This document shows positions 11,532 through 22,957 of a stretch of 48,371 bases of DNA, piece after piece. Position 1 is the stretch's first letter; each line of letters begins with the position of its first letter. Under the pieces are notes generated by a model. The model saw only the letters and a list, made by a program, of their open reading frames with translations. It was not told where the DNA came from and searched no databases. Made by a program: the position numbers and the translations under genes. The stretch lies in contig CAVPXM010000086.1 in the NCBI GenBank assembly GCA_963709405.1, forward strand, positions 1-48,371. The letters run 5' to 3'. Source of the DNA: an uncultured Nitrososphaerales archaeon. Its GTDB lineage: Archaea > Thermoproteota > Nitrososphaeria > Nitrososphaerales > Nitrososphaeraceae.

Positions 11532-12008
11532 ATGATAGCTTGGCAGTATCAGTTGCAAAAAAAATTACAAAAACCAATCATCTCCAATGGTAGCGGAGAA
11601 GAAATAGCAAATTCCTCAGAACCTCTTGTTTCTAAAATGCAGCCTAGTCCAATGACAGAAGGACAAGGGCATCAAGAGCATTTGGCCACAAATTTTACTT
11701 CTAATCGTAACAACACAAATAATACCGCATCAACTACCCAAGTAAGCATTGAAAAAGGTTCTTGGGATACTAAGCAAAAAGATAATTACTCGCCAAAAGA
11801 AATCATTGCACGTGTTGGCTCTACAATTACATGGATAAATGATGACACGTTGCCTCATACTATAACAAGCGATAGATCTGGATTGTTTGATTCTTCCATT
11901 CTATCAGCAGGGCACAAATGGATGCATACATTCGTCAAAATTGGAGATTATGAATATCATTGTACCCTGCATCCTTGGATGAAAGGGAGTGTAAAAGTGA
12001 TAAGTTAA
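11532..12008 (+). CDS. Plastocyanin/azurin-like cupredoxin; probably the C-terminus of the upstream MCO via a frameshift
   Basis: TITWINDDTLPHTITS and YHCTLHPWMKG type-1 Cu ligands. This frame is open back to 11436. Confidence 0.9.
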   Translation: MIAWQYQLQKKLQKPIISNGSGEEIANSSEPLVSKMQPSPMTEGQGHQEHLATNFTSNRNNTNNTASTTQVSIEKGSWDTKQKDNYSPKEIIARVGSTITWINDDTLPHTITSDRSGLFDSSILSAGHKWMHTFVKIGDYEYHCTLHPWMKGSVKVIS

Positions 12009-12188
12009 TAGTCATGTATTGGGAATTAAATTTTGGTTTGAACGAATCTATTAAATACTGAATAATTTGGCAGTCTGTCGTCATGCCATTCAATCCACGA
12101 TGTTCTTGCGTTAACTTGAGCAATAAATAGTTCAAAACAAAAAAAGTATGGGATTGCATGAATGATACTAACATTATGGTGAAGGAGT

Positions 12189-14015
12189 ATAAAAATTAAG
12201 AATGCTGACATCGCAAAGGCATTGCGCGAAATTGGCTTTCTGCTGGAAATGGAAGAGGAAAAAAATTCTAACATAACCTTTAAGATAAGATCTTATAAAG
12301 CCGCATCAGATGTAATTGCAAACTTATCATCAAATATTGATGAAATATACAGAAATCAAGGATTGAGAGGCTTAATGCAAATCCCATCCGTAGGAAAGGC
12401 AATTGCTTCAAAAATTGAAGAATATCTAAGATCAGGACAAATACAATACCTGGAAGAATTAAAATCCAAAACCACCATAAATGTTGATGAATTTTATGAT
12501 TTGGAAGGTATAGGTCCTAAGACAATCAAGATCCTTTATGATAACTTGGGTGTTAAGGGCTTATCTGATTTAGAAAAAGCGGCATCAGAAGGAAAGCTAC
12601 GCGATATTCGAGGGTTTTCAGAAAAGAAGGAAGAAGTAATTCTAAAGAAAATTCAGCTATTTAAGAAAGGAAGAGGCCGATATCTTTTAGGTGAAGTTTA
12701 TCCTCTGGTAAAACAAATAGAGACACGACTACTAAACTTTAAAGGAGTAAAAAATGCAGTTGCCGCAGGCTCTTTTAGAAGAATGAAAGAAACGATAGGT
12801 GACATTGACTTTGTAGTAGCCTCAAACGAAGCTAAAAAGATAATGGATTATTTTATTTCAATGCCAGAAATACACGAGGTTCTTGGAAAGGGGGCAAGCA
12901 AAACTTTTGTGCGGCTAAATAATGGCATGGATGCTGATCTTCTAGTTGTTCCTGAAGAAAGTTTCGGATCCGCCTTACAATATTTTACAGGCAGTAAGGA
13001 ACATGGCGTAGCTATGCGTAAGGTAGCACTCGCAAAAGGTCTTCACTTAAATGAATGGGGAATTTTTGACAAGGATCAGAACAGAGTTGCAGGTTCAACT
13101 GAAGAAGATGTCTACCATGCGCTAGATTTAGAATGGATTCCTCCAGAAATTAGAGAAAACACTGGAGAAATCGAATTGGCAAAAAATGGGGGGCAGCGAC
13201 TTCCACGATTAATACAATATGATGATCTGAAGGGTGATTTGCAAGTCCACAGTAACAGTACAGACGGCACAATGTCAATAGAAGACATGGCTTTAGCAGC
13301 CAAGGAGAACTTTGGACTCCAATACATAGCAATAACAGATCATACGAAAAGTTTGAAATTAACAAATGGGCTTGATGAAACGCAATTGCTAGATCAGGCA
13401 AACAAAATCTCGGAGATAAATGATAGAATAAAACAGGGACAATATACCACGCAGCAGCAACAACCACACATTCATAACGAAAAAGAACAAACTACAACCG
13501 TGACAAGAAGTGAAAATTTCCGAATATTGTCTGCTGCTGAAGTGAATATAATGAAAGATGGATCTCTTGATATTCCAAATAACATATTGGATAAACTGGA
13601 CATTGTAGGGGCAGCTATTCATTCTAATTTTTCACATTCAATCGAAGTGCAAACAGATAGGTTGCTAAAAGCAATGGAAAATCCTAGTGTCGATATCATA
13701 TTTCATCCTACAGGTAGGCGCATAAACAAAAGAGAAGGATATCCTGTCAATATTGAGAAATTAGCGGATAGTGCAAAGGATACGAATACCGTACTCGAAA
13801 TTGATGCACATTATGATCGGCTTGATCTAAAAGATGAGTATGTAAGAATGGCCATACAAAAAAATGTCAAGCTTGTAATTGATTCAGACGCACATCATCC
13901 AGTTCATTTTGCTTTTCTAAAATTTGGTATAGGTCAAGCTAGGCGTGGCTGGGCCATAAAATCTGATATACTAAATACGTTGTCGTTTACCGAGTTTATG
14001 TCGAGTCTAAAGTGA
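12189..14015 (+). CDS. polX: DNA polymerase X family with C-terminal PHP domain
   Basis: HhH motifs IPSVGKAIA and GIGPKT, AGSFRR, GDID, YFTGSKEH, PHP motifs DLQVHS, TDH, DSDAH. The homologous N-terminus KNADIAKALREI extends upstream of TTG 12222 to ATA 12189. Confidence 0.95.
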   Translation: MKIKNADIAKALREIGFLLEMEEEKNSNITFKIRSYKAASDVIANLSSNIDEIYRNQGLRGLMQIPSVGKAIASKIEEYLRSGQIQYLEELKSKTTINVDEFYDLEGIGPKTIKILYDNLGVKGLSDLEKAASEGKLRDIRGFSEKKEEVILKKIQLFKKGRGRYLLGEVYPLVKQIETRLLNFKGVKNAVAAGSFRRMKETIGDIDFVVASNEAKKIMDYFISMPEIHEVLGKGASKTFVRLNNGMDADLLVVPEESFGSALQYFTGSKEHGVAMRKVALAKGLHLNEWGIFDKDQNRVAGSTEEDVYHALDLEWIPPEIRENTGEIELAKNGGQRLPRLIQYDDLKGDLQVHSNSTDGTMSIEDMALAAKENFGLQYIAITDHTKSLKLTNGLDETQLLDQANKISEINDRIKQGQYTTQQQQPHIHNEKEQTTTVTRSENFRILSAAEVNIMKDGSLDIPNNILDKLDIVGAAIHSNFSHSIEVQTDRLLKAMENPSVDIIFHPTGRRINKREGYPVNIEKLADSAKDTNTVLEIDAHYDRLDLKDEYVRMAIQKNVKLVIDSDAHHPVHFAFLKFGIGQARRGWAIKSDILNTLSFTEFMSSLK

Positions 14016-14374
14016 TTAGAATATAAGGCGCTAACCACATATTTTATTCTTAAATTTAGAATTTGAACGGAATGCATTTTAATATTGCTCTAAAATTACT
14101 CATACAGTAGATTGTGAAACAAAGAATTGTGCGGGTTAATGTCAGGAAAATTACGAAACTATAATTGGATTCAAACTATCTATTAATTCTTAATTAATAA
14201 ATACGGAAGATGGTGTGGCTTTGTTGTTTAAAAATATATTCTTACGAATCAGCCTGAGTTAGCCTTTTAAACTGGGATCTAATTTAGATATTATTTTTTG
14301 AATATTGTTTTATATTGACGTATTATTACTGTTATTAATGACGTTTACTTTTTTGTTATTTGAACGTACTATTA

Positions 14375-14546
14375 CTAGAGATTAGAACTCTTTATTAGAA
14401 CAGTTTTCACTTGCTTAAACATGCAGGGTTTTATTGCTTTGTCATGGATTCTACAAGCCGTAAAGTGCCACGCTATTTCCAATGAGAAGTACGTGACAAT
14501 GAATCCCGTAACCAAAATACATTGTCAGGTCAATGTTTTCAAACAT
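14375..14546 (-). pseudogene. Small membrane protein, paralog of 36352-36498, with a 1-nt frameshift near its start
   Basis: Manual translation: MFENIDLTMY / LVTGFIVTYFSLEIAWHFTACRIHDKAIKPCMFKQVKTVLIKSSNL. It aligns with the 36.4 kb protein. Confidence 0.65.
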
Positions 14547-14772
14547 AATTACATTGCTGAAGCATTATATATAAACTTCATCATCATAAAGTTAAACATT
14601 TGGATAACTATTCTTTAAAAAACTTTATGTTTGTTAATCGATAGCATACAAATCCGAATTTATTTTTTAAGTCACTGAGATAACTCATTATTCAATGGAT
14701 TGGATTGTAGAAATCAATGCATTCGCCAAAATGTGACTAGACATCTATTTCCTGAAACGAATATTCACACAA

Positions 14773-15210
14773 CTAAAAAAATCGAAAATCCTCTTTTACG
14801 GTTACTAACACCATACGACTATTAGTTCTTTCAACATATGGTAATGATAGATCTTTTTTTACGAAATCGCTTAGCTCTCTGCGATTTCTAAATTTGGCAA
14901 CTATTATCATATCTGTTAACCCAGTGATGTCGTATACGGCACAAACATTTGCAAATTTTGATATATGTTTTTCTACTTCTGTTATCTTACCCTTTACAGC
15001 GGTGAGCTCAATTATAGCAGTTAGATCATAACCCAATTTCTCATGATCTAATACAGCTGAATATGATTTTATGACATGACTGCGTTCTAGCTTTTGTATT
15101 CTATTAAGAACCGTGGGAGGCGACACGCCAATTTGTTCTGCGATCTTTCTATATGATGACCTTCCATCAGATAATATCTGATGAAGTATTTTAGTGTCTG
15201 TTTCATCCAT
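14773..15210 (-). CDS. Lrp/AsnC family transcriptional regulator
   Basis: MDETDTKIL..DGRSSYRKIAEQIGVSPPTVLNRIQKLE HTH and RAM domain VYDITGLTD. Confidence 0.95.
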   Translation of the reverse strand: MDETDTKILHQILSDGRSSYRKIAEQIGVSPPTVLNRIQKLERSHVIKSYSAVLDHEKLGYDLTAIIELTAVKGKITEVEKHISKFANVCAVYDITGLTDMIIVAKFRNRRELSDFVKKDLSLPYVERTNSRMVLVTVKEDFRFF

Positions 15211-15523
15211 ATTGAGAAATTAAATATTATCTAGCAAATAAAGTTATTATTATGACCGAGCTACCGATTTTTCATTGGAAGTCAAAGGTCAATAATGAGA
15301 TTTTATGTCTTAAGCAGTATTTGATTTATTGTCAACTAAAAGTGATATTTTACGAATCAATATTCTATACGTTAGGATTTTTAATTGGAAAACTACATCG
15401 AATGCTCATTCTAAATACTAGTTATGATTTATTTGTGCAAACGACTTAATCAATAAAATAAATAGGATAAAAAATGTAATGTGAATTTGGATAATAATGT
15501 ATTGGAATTAGGACAACTGTCTT

Positions 15524-16030
15524 TTGGTGCATGTAGTATCACAATGGAATTATTTTAGTGGTTACATAATTCAGAATGGTTTGAGCACAAATGACTATAA
15601 GGTTAAGAGAGCGACTCTAGGTGATGTTAATAATATAGCTAAATATCTTAGATACTCTAAAATCTTCAAGTTATCTGGTGAAAGTTATGTGGATCGGTGG
15701 AGATGGTATCCTATAGATTTAGATTCCGGAACTTCACCACCTCATCACTAATAATATTGTGCTTGCTGCTGAAAATGAAAGTTCAACTATCACCGGTGTA
15801 GTAATTGCTAACAAAGATAATATTGGACAGCCCAAATTGTTTATTTGGATACTAATCATGCGTCTGTCTTGAAGCAGTTAGTCATATATGCCATAAATTT
15901 GGAGGAATCAACTGAAAAATACGGAAGAATACAAATATTTAGTCCACAAGTTCCATATATTGACTCGGTTATGAAAAATATAGGGCTGAATGAATGCGGT
16001 GAATTTTTATTATATAAAAGAAAAATCTGA
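15524..16030 (+). pseudogene. Degraded gene, possibly the C-terminal part of a GNAT-family acetyltransferase
   Basis: Two co-linear ORF fragments (SGESYVDRWRWYP; GRIQIFSPQ...FLLYKRKI) separated by stops or frameshifts. Confidence 0.35.
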
Positions 16031-16286
16031 AAGCATAAATTAATACTTTATCATTCCATTCTTTGCTTTTGCATTAGTTCGATAATTGAGTACATAATAT
16101 TATAGATGAGTTGTGTTTTGATTACTAAAATCATTGGATGAACCTACTACAATTGCAATGAGGTTAGACTATGTGCTTTGGTCAATAAAAGCAAATAGAA
16201 GGCGATGTTATATCTTGTCATTTGTACATCAAACTTACTGACACTTCTCAATGCAAAATATCAATAGCCAAAATCTCAGTTAACGA

Positions 16287-17144
16287 TTATATTAATAATA
16301 TCTCTCCATTCAATCTAGATATTTCTGCAATTAAGGTGTCATAAATGTAATTATACGTTGATTGCACTATTGATCTATCTTTTCCTTTGGAAACAATTTG
16401 AATTCTTATTTTTGGTTTGTTATCTTTAGTAAATCCACGTGGATGTGTTTTCAGATAAATTGAATCATCAGAAAATGACTGAACTATTCTTAGAAGAATT
16501 GGAGCAAGCATTGCTTCGCTAACACTTGCAATTTCATGATTTGTTTCAATAATATGAAAATCGCCGAGTATCAGTTTCATTTTTGGAAGTACACTTTCTA
16601 GAAATATTGCCTCTAATTCCTTAGGTACTCCAGGAAGACAAATGATCTTTGTATATGTACTTAGAACTGTGGAACTAATATTACTATCGATTTTAGTATC
16701 TATTAATATTGATGGGGCACTGCCAACAGGATTTTGGATTGGAGTTGATCCTCTGGGAATTCTAGCCATTTTTAATCTAACTTCGTCTAATTTGAAACTT
16801 GATGAATATCTGGCATAACTTCGCTTCAGCATTTCTATAGCATTAACATCTAATACAAGATCTGTCCCAAGGGCCACGGCAACACCTTCTAATGTTTTAT
16901 CATCATACGTGGGTCCAAGTCCTCCAGAAATGATTAGCCAGTTGGGTTTTCTACTTTGCACTTCTTTCACTACTGAAGCTATTTCATTAACATCGTCTCT
17001 GACAACGGTTAGTCTTCTTACTACCCCTCCAGCTTCTGTAATTCTTTTTGAAATCCATTGAGCATTAGTATTTACAATTGTCCCTGAAAGTAATTCATTT
17101 CCTATGCATAATATCTCAGATATATCGGTCATTATTATGGCCAT
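16287..17144 (-). CDS. cinA: CinA-like molybdopterin-binding domain protein (short archaeal form)
   Basis: EILCIGNELLSGTIVNTNAQWI, SGGLGPTYDDKT, NPVGSAP, LPGVPKE, YLKTHP. Confidence 0.88.
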   Translation of the reverse strand: MAIIMTDISEILCIGNELLSGTIVNTNAQWISKRITEAGGVVRRLTVVRDDVNEIASVVKEVQSRKPNWLIISGGLGPTYDDKTLEGVAVALGTDLVLDVNAIEMLKRSYARYSSSFKLDEVRLKMARIPRGSTPIQNPVGSAPSILIDTKIDSNISSTVLSTYTKIICLPGVPKELEAIFLESVLPKMKLILGDFHIIETNHEIASVSEAMLAPILLRIVQSFSDDSIYLKTHPRGFTKDNKPKIRIQIVSKGKDRSIVQSTYNYIYDTLIAEISRLNGEILLI

Positions 17145-17584
17145 ATTATAATTATTACTTCTGGTTATATCTTATCACTGAATGATTGTACATTTTTCAA
17201 GTTAATTTCATTTTCTTGTTCTTTTATTATAAATCTCTACTGTGAACATATCTTTCATTATATTCACTTTTATTCATCAATTCGACCATTTCATATTTGT
17301 AGCGTGAGGAAGTTTTATGGATTTTCAAAATCTAGATACAAAAGGTTACATAATCACGTATATTTAATCATATTTTCATCATATCACGTTCATTTCAATA
17401 TTCCATCCTTAATAATATTGTATCCAGATATGATAAAATAAGGATACTCTGACATTACTATCTATTAATTTCTAAACATGTAAATCGGCAACATTTGTCG
17501 AGTTAACTTTGTTCAGCAATCTATTATATTTACAGCTCTGGAAGATAAGTTATTATTCTTGCATGTAGTAAAGAAAAAGTCGGT

Positions 17585-18310
17585 TTGCATCTTGAATTTT
17601 TATCATCAAGATTTAGTTTGATTATTCTGTTTTTCTTATCGGTATTGTCTATATCGTCAAGTTTCGTTATTCCGCACAGTTTTCTACAGCAACAAGCTAT
17701 TGCGGAGACTACGAAAAGTTCAGATAATGCCAATGTAACTCCAGTCAATAAGAAACTAGTGAGCCACAATGAAGACTTCGCGATATACAAAAATTCTGCT
17801 TTCGGAATAATTATGCAATATCCACTAAATTGGGAAAAGATGGAAGGCGATGATGATCAAGATTCTTCAGATAAACAAGTTGTTAAATTCATCTCTCCAA
17901 TGAAAGATCATTCAGATAAATATCCGCCAAGTCTTACTGTATCCATTCATAGTATGCATCACGATAATATCAAAGATTTTTTCGGACTTTTCGATAAACC
18001 AACTTCTCAAGCAATTTCACTACGTGGCTTTATGCTTTCACATCTCACTTCTTTATCAACAAAATTATTAGATTTTAAAATTATTAAACCAGAATCGTAT
18101 GAAACCACTCTTGCAGGTAATAATGTTGCACAGAAAATAGTATATACGTTTAGAAAAGGTCAAGAAGACACTACAGCTAAAGTAATGGAGGTTATGATGA
18201 TAAAAGATGATAGAGGATATATTATTAGATATTCTGCTGACTCGGCCAAATATTTGTATTACCTTCCAACTATTCAAAAAGTGACTGATTCGTTTGAATT
18301 AACTAAATAA
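17585..18310 (+). CDS. Secreted PsbP-like protein
   Basis: Signal peptide, then YKNSAFGIIMQYPLNWEK, TTLAGNNVAQKIVYT, YLPTIQKVTDSFELTK. Confidence 0.8.
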   Translation: MHLEFLSSRFSLIILFFLSVLSISSSFVIPHSFLQQQAIAETTKSSDNANVTPVNKKLVSHNEDFAIYKNSAFGIIMQYPLNWEKMEGDDDQDSSDKQVVKFISPMKDHSDKYPPSLTVSIHSMHHDNIKDFFGLFDKPTSQAISLRGFMLSHLTSLSTKLLDFKIIKPESYETTLAGNNVAQKIVYTFRKGQEDTTAKVMEVMMIKDDRGYIIRYSADSAKYLYYLPTIQKVTDSFELTK

Positions 18311-19040
18311 GATGTCTTGAAATAATATTGCTGTTGAATTCTATTCCGATAATACGTCACATACCGATCTCAATTCACAATTTTGACACGTTTGGTAAAT
18401 ATAGACGAACTTAAATAATATGTATCTCATATACATATTAGGTAATGAGGGGTTCAATCTTAAGTATGATCCTAAATATAGTTTCAGTTAGATTTTTCCT
18501 TCAGTAAGTGATGCTTAATTTGAAATAAAATTCATTAATATTAGTGTGTTGTATGCAGGACAAACTTCATCGAAAGGTACGAATGAATAATATGATTGAC
18601 TACAGACAAGTGAGGAAATTAACGCGATACCCAAATGCTTTTTATTTTCTTTCGAATTCAAAGATAATATAGACAAATACTGAACAGTAGTTCTACCAAA
18701 TTTTCATATATGTTACTAACTGCAGACCTCACAAAAAGATGCATAAGAATATAAAATAAAGATTCAACCACTAAGTGTAATGTTTCTACATAATAAAAGA
18801 TATTCCGCGGCACCAATCAATCAGTAGTAACGTGGATTATATATGTAATGTTTATGCTGCTTCTATTGCTGTATGATAAAAAGTATCTCGTATATATTTA
18901 ATTCACTACACACCAATATTTGAGTGAACATTAATGTGCTTGCCTATTATTTTTCCGCTTTTGACCTCTTCTATCTGAACAATGTATTCAATTAAGATAT
19001 TGGAACAAATTTTTATTCATCTAGAAAATCCCCATCATAA

Positions 19041-19289
19041 TTAATTAACATTACAAATATGAAATTTAATATCGTGAAGGTCATTTAAAACTTTACCACA
19101 TAAATCACAGAAATACTTCTTGCAGGTCGTGCATTGAATTGCAAAACATGCTGTTGTTACTAAAAGATTTGTTTGTGCAAAGTCATGTTCATGTATCATT
19201 GCATCCTTCGTCACAAGCTCAGAATTAGTGAAATCAGAAGGATTATGAGTAGAGAGATGCCTTGCTACTTTACCATTCTTTTTCCTCAT
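19041..19289 (-). CDS. Small Cys/His-rich putative zinc-binding protein
   Basis: HEHDF..IQCTTCKKYFCDLCGK..HIC. Confidence 0.6.
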   Translation of the reverse strand: MRKKNGKVARHLSTHNPSDFTNSELVTKDAMIHEHDFAQTNLLVTTACFAIQCTTCKKYFCDLCGKVLNDLHDIKFHICNVN

Positions 19290-19406
19290 ATCGAGAAATA
19301 TTAATAATAAGGTCTTAAAGCATGCTAACCAATGTAAATTGACATTGTTAATCGAATTCGCAGATTACTAGTAATATTGTGTCCATTTACTAGCAATATC
19401 TTTATC

Positions 19407-20101
19407 GGCACTGTCCAGTTAACGATAGACCTATAGCTAAAAACATCCTACTTTCTGTTAATGGCTAAACTTAAAGAAAGTAGCAGGACCTCTTCAAAGT
19501 ATGTTTATTATGCATTACACCTATACTTTTTTTCAGGTTTATCACTTCGAAAAACATCACAAAGGCTATCTCAATTTATCAAAAGAAACCATGTTTCGAT
19601 TTGGAACTGGATCCAGCGTTACAAAACCAAGAAAGATATATTACAAAAGAGATGCAAACTATCTAAATATATCATAGATGAAACATTGATTAAGGTAGGT
19701 AGTGACTATGTATGGTTATGGGTTGCGATTGAGCCAACCAATAAGACAATCTTAGGTATACGCATCTCAATTGAAAGGAACATGCTTGTGGCTGAACAGT
19801 TTATACAATCTCTGATTAGAAGATATGGAAGACACAATATTTCAACAGACGGTGGTACGTGGTATCCACAAGCATGTAGATTCCTGAATGTTAAACATCA
19901 TAATCATTCATCGATTGAAAAAAGCTTCATAGAAAGGACGATAGAGTACATAATAAAAGATAATACCGAATGTTTTGATGATTATTTCCATTGTAGGAAA
20001 GAAAATAATGATTGTAAGCTAAAGCATGTCATGAATTGGTTGAGTTTATTTGTAGATATCACAATAGAGAAATTACGGAAAAGATTGTTAAGTGAAGAGT
20101 C
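19407..20101 (+). mobile_element. IS6-family element, copy 1 (transposase 19461-20111)
   Basis: Left IR GGCACTGTCCAGTTAAC and a degenerate right IR at ~20086-20101. DDE motifs IDETLIKVG, WLWVAIE, STDGGTWYPQAC, IERTIE. Confidence 0.85.
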
Positions 20102-20783
20102 GGCTCTGTAAAGTTAAGGAAAAATCTATAGCTTTATGACTCCGATATAGGTTATGATGTGTCAAATAAGAAAGAGAACAGAACCTGAGGATATAGCATA
20201 TTCTCTGTATCTGTATTTCCTTGGTCTTTCATTAAGAAATACTTCCAAAGCTGTGTCTAGATTTGTTAAAAGAAGTCATACTGCCATCAGAGACTGGATT
20301 CAAAAATATAAACCAGAGATGTTAAGTTCCAGAAAGATAGATACGTATTACTGAATTTATAATTGATGAAACTATCATTAAAGTTGGTTCCGAATATATC
20401 TGGTTATGGATAGCCATTGAAAATGAATGATAACCGAGAAATCCTTCAAATAAGCATATCAAAAGAGAGAAACATGTTTGTTGCAGAACGTTTTATATTA
20501 AACCTTGTAAAAAGATATGGAGAACATCTATCCTGTTTCAACTGATGGAGGTACATGGTATCCACAGGCTTGTAGATTCTTGAGACTGCACCATCACATC
20601 CATTCTCCATATGAGAAAAGTATCATAGAAAGGACGGTACAATACATCAAAGATAGAACAGAATATTTCGATGATTATTTTCCTTGTAGAAAAAGTAAGT
20701 GTAAATTGCAACACATACAAAAATGGTTGGATCTATTTGTTAGTCATCATAACAATAATTTGTTATCTTAACTTTACAGAGCC
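20102..20783 (+). mobile_element. IS6-family element, copy 2, with frameshifted transposase (20154-20771)
   Basis: Perfect 17-bp IRs GGCTCTGTAAAGTTAAG and CTTAACTTTACAGAGCC. Transposase fragments include STDGGTWYPQAC and IKDRTEYFDDYFPC. Confidence 0.9.
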
Positions 20784-21106
20784 TTATTTCCATATGATAC
20801 CTTGTAGAAAAACTTCAGGATTTTTCTAAATTTCTCATGAGTTGATGCTTTGTAATTCTGTTTATCCATCCATTTGAATAATAATCTTATATCTTCCACT
20901 GTAGCTTCATTAAAGTTTTTTTGTATATGTCTTCACATTTGAATAAGAGCTGTTATACACCGAACGATCCACAATATACTCCTATCTTTGTCTTGCATAT
21001 GCTGTACAAGTTTTAAAACATCAGTTCTATCTGGTTCCTGAAGGTCAATATCTATCCTCTTAGTCCAGTATGCCAGTTTTTCTTGTCTAGAATATAGGTC
21101 TCTCAT
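20784..21106 (-). pseudogene. Tyrosine recombinase/integrase N-terminal fragment, cut by IS6
   Basis: Manual translation MRDLYSRQEKLAYWTKRIDIDL...IQM*RHIQKNFNEATVEDIRLLFKWMDKQNYKASTHEKFRKILKFFYKVSYGN ends at the IS6 IR. It resembles the N-terminal SAM-like domain of archaeal integrases. Confidence 0.7.
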
Positions 21107-21303
21107 TTCAAAGTTTATTTTGCTATTATTCGATGTGTTCGACTTGGCTATATCCTTTATTCCGAAGGTAGTCGACGATATTGGTTTACAACTGACTTCC
21201 TTATTGTTTTTTATTTTTGGGATTTGAACCGAGGATTCAATGGACTGGGCGGGATTATATCCCTTGTGGTAAAGGGGTTCAACTCTTTTACTACAGGCTC
21301 ACT

Positions 21304-21420
21304 TCATGATCTAAACTTTAATTCCTGGGCAATCTCAGATTCATTCATCGATTGTGCTAACAAACAAGATACTTTTCTACGTCGTTCTTCAATCTTGAAA
21401 TTATATTGGCCAATCAGACC
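21304..21420 (-). pseudogene. HTH protein N-terminal remnant (terminase-small-subunit-like)
   Basis: YNFKIEERRRKVSCLLAQSMNESEIAQEL followed by an early stop. Confidence 0.45.
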
Positions 21421-21714
21421 TAGACTTCATCCAAGTCACCTAGAAGCTAACATAATTTTGAGATAAGGTGATTGATTGAGTTCTCCTTATAAACATAATA
21501 TTGAATTATCCTTCGGTTCTGGTATGGGGGGAAATAAATAGAAGCGCCACTTCATAGAATATATCTTGCAACAAAGTCACCGTATACCTTCAGATGTTTA
21601 CGACCTTTTGATATGAAGGCGATAAATTCCTTTGTTTTTTCATATACTAATGGTGGAACATCAGCATCGTCAATACCATCAATTCCTTCTCTTTTATTGT
21701 AGAAGTGCTTTTTG

Positions 21715-22089
21715 TTATTCTTGTTTTCCTTCTTTATTTTTTGACAATGGCTTCATCCGAAGGAAGTGTAACCAATATTTGGTCATTTTTTCTGTACTAT
21801 TGGCAGATTCTTTATACAATTTAGTCATCTTCTCTGCATTTGCAGCCAGTTCCTTATACAGCTGTGTCATCCTCTGTGAACTTTCTGCGTATTCATTATA
21901 TATTTCAGTCATTCTTCTTGTGTAATTAATATATTCGTTATATATTTCGCTCCAGGCCATAGGAGAATATTGTTGCCATAAATTACTAATTGACGCAATT
22001 TCATTAGGATTAACTAAGTCATTGTTCATCTTCAGTCTGTCGTCTTCTTTCTTTTCATTGCTGTTGTTATTGGCTTTTTCATTTTTCAT
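21715..22089 (-). CDS. Hypothetical protein with 14-aa amphipathic tandem repeats
   Basis: MTEIYNEYAESSQR / MTQLYKELAANAEK / MTKLYKESANSTEK / MTKYW. Confidence 0.7.
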   Translation of the reverse strand: MKNEKANNNSNEKKEDDRLKMNNDLVNPNEIASISNLWQQYSPMAWSEIYNEYINYTRRMTEIYNEYAESSQRMTQLYKELAANAEKMTKLYKESANSTEKMTKYWLHFLRMKPLSKNKEGKQE

Positions 22090-22957
22090 AATATATTCAC
22101 TAACTCATCCCTATACACTCCTAATATTGTTGCGCATAAAATTGTTTATAGAATAGATACCCCTCATAATAAAGCAGAAAGTAGTCTTTTGATTCATCCA
22201 TTTTATTCTACAAAATAAGATTAGTGGATAATCGGTTATATGCAATGACTAAGTTATCCTCTTAATTCCATCTGGAAATTTATTAAATATACACTATGAG
22301 ATATTAATATCGGTTATAGATGTAACAGATAGAACAAAGTAAACAGGGGTTAAAAAGAAAAAGCGAGGAATTTAAAATGAATAAAAATAACTGCTTTGTT
22401 GCACGATTCATGTGTTGTAAGTGATATTTATTTGACCACTCTGCATTTAGCTACCTAATAGTAATTATTCTGGCAAGAGAGCCAGAGAAGAAGAGCACAG
22501 GAAGATTAACCTAGCAATATTAACAGCGAACAATCATTATGCTGGTTTTGGTCCTGGAATTGCTAACATTTTTAGAAAAATGACAAAGGAAACTCTATCA
22601 ATATCTAGAACACAAGATTTGTATATAATCAGGAATACCTATTTGGCTCGAGCTTAGTTCTAAAGACACGTAATAAAAAATTCTAAAAATACAGGTTAAA
22701 GATAATAATAATTATGCCATATAATAATAATTACCTCATGTGGGTGTTTTTCTAGTTCATCTAAACAACCAGATAATCCTCAATGTGATTCGTGTCCTGA
22801 TACGATTTTTATGATTTTGCCTTTATTTATCAAATATAGACAAGAGATGTGATGTTTGAAGCCTATATATTTTGTAATTAGGAACAATGTTCCGAAGGAT
22901 TCGTTATTACAGCCGCAATTTAAAGCCTATTATATAGGCGAGGTGTATATATATGTG

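Noticed and set aside
21218-21290. tRNA T-loop-like words (GGGATTTGAACC, GGTTCAACTC) near the integrase, as a possible att site
   Set aside because: Only 10-12 nt match, with no acceptor stem or cloverleaf and no second copy seen.
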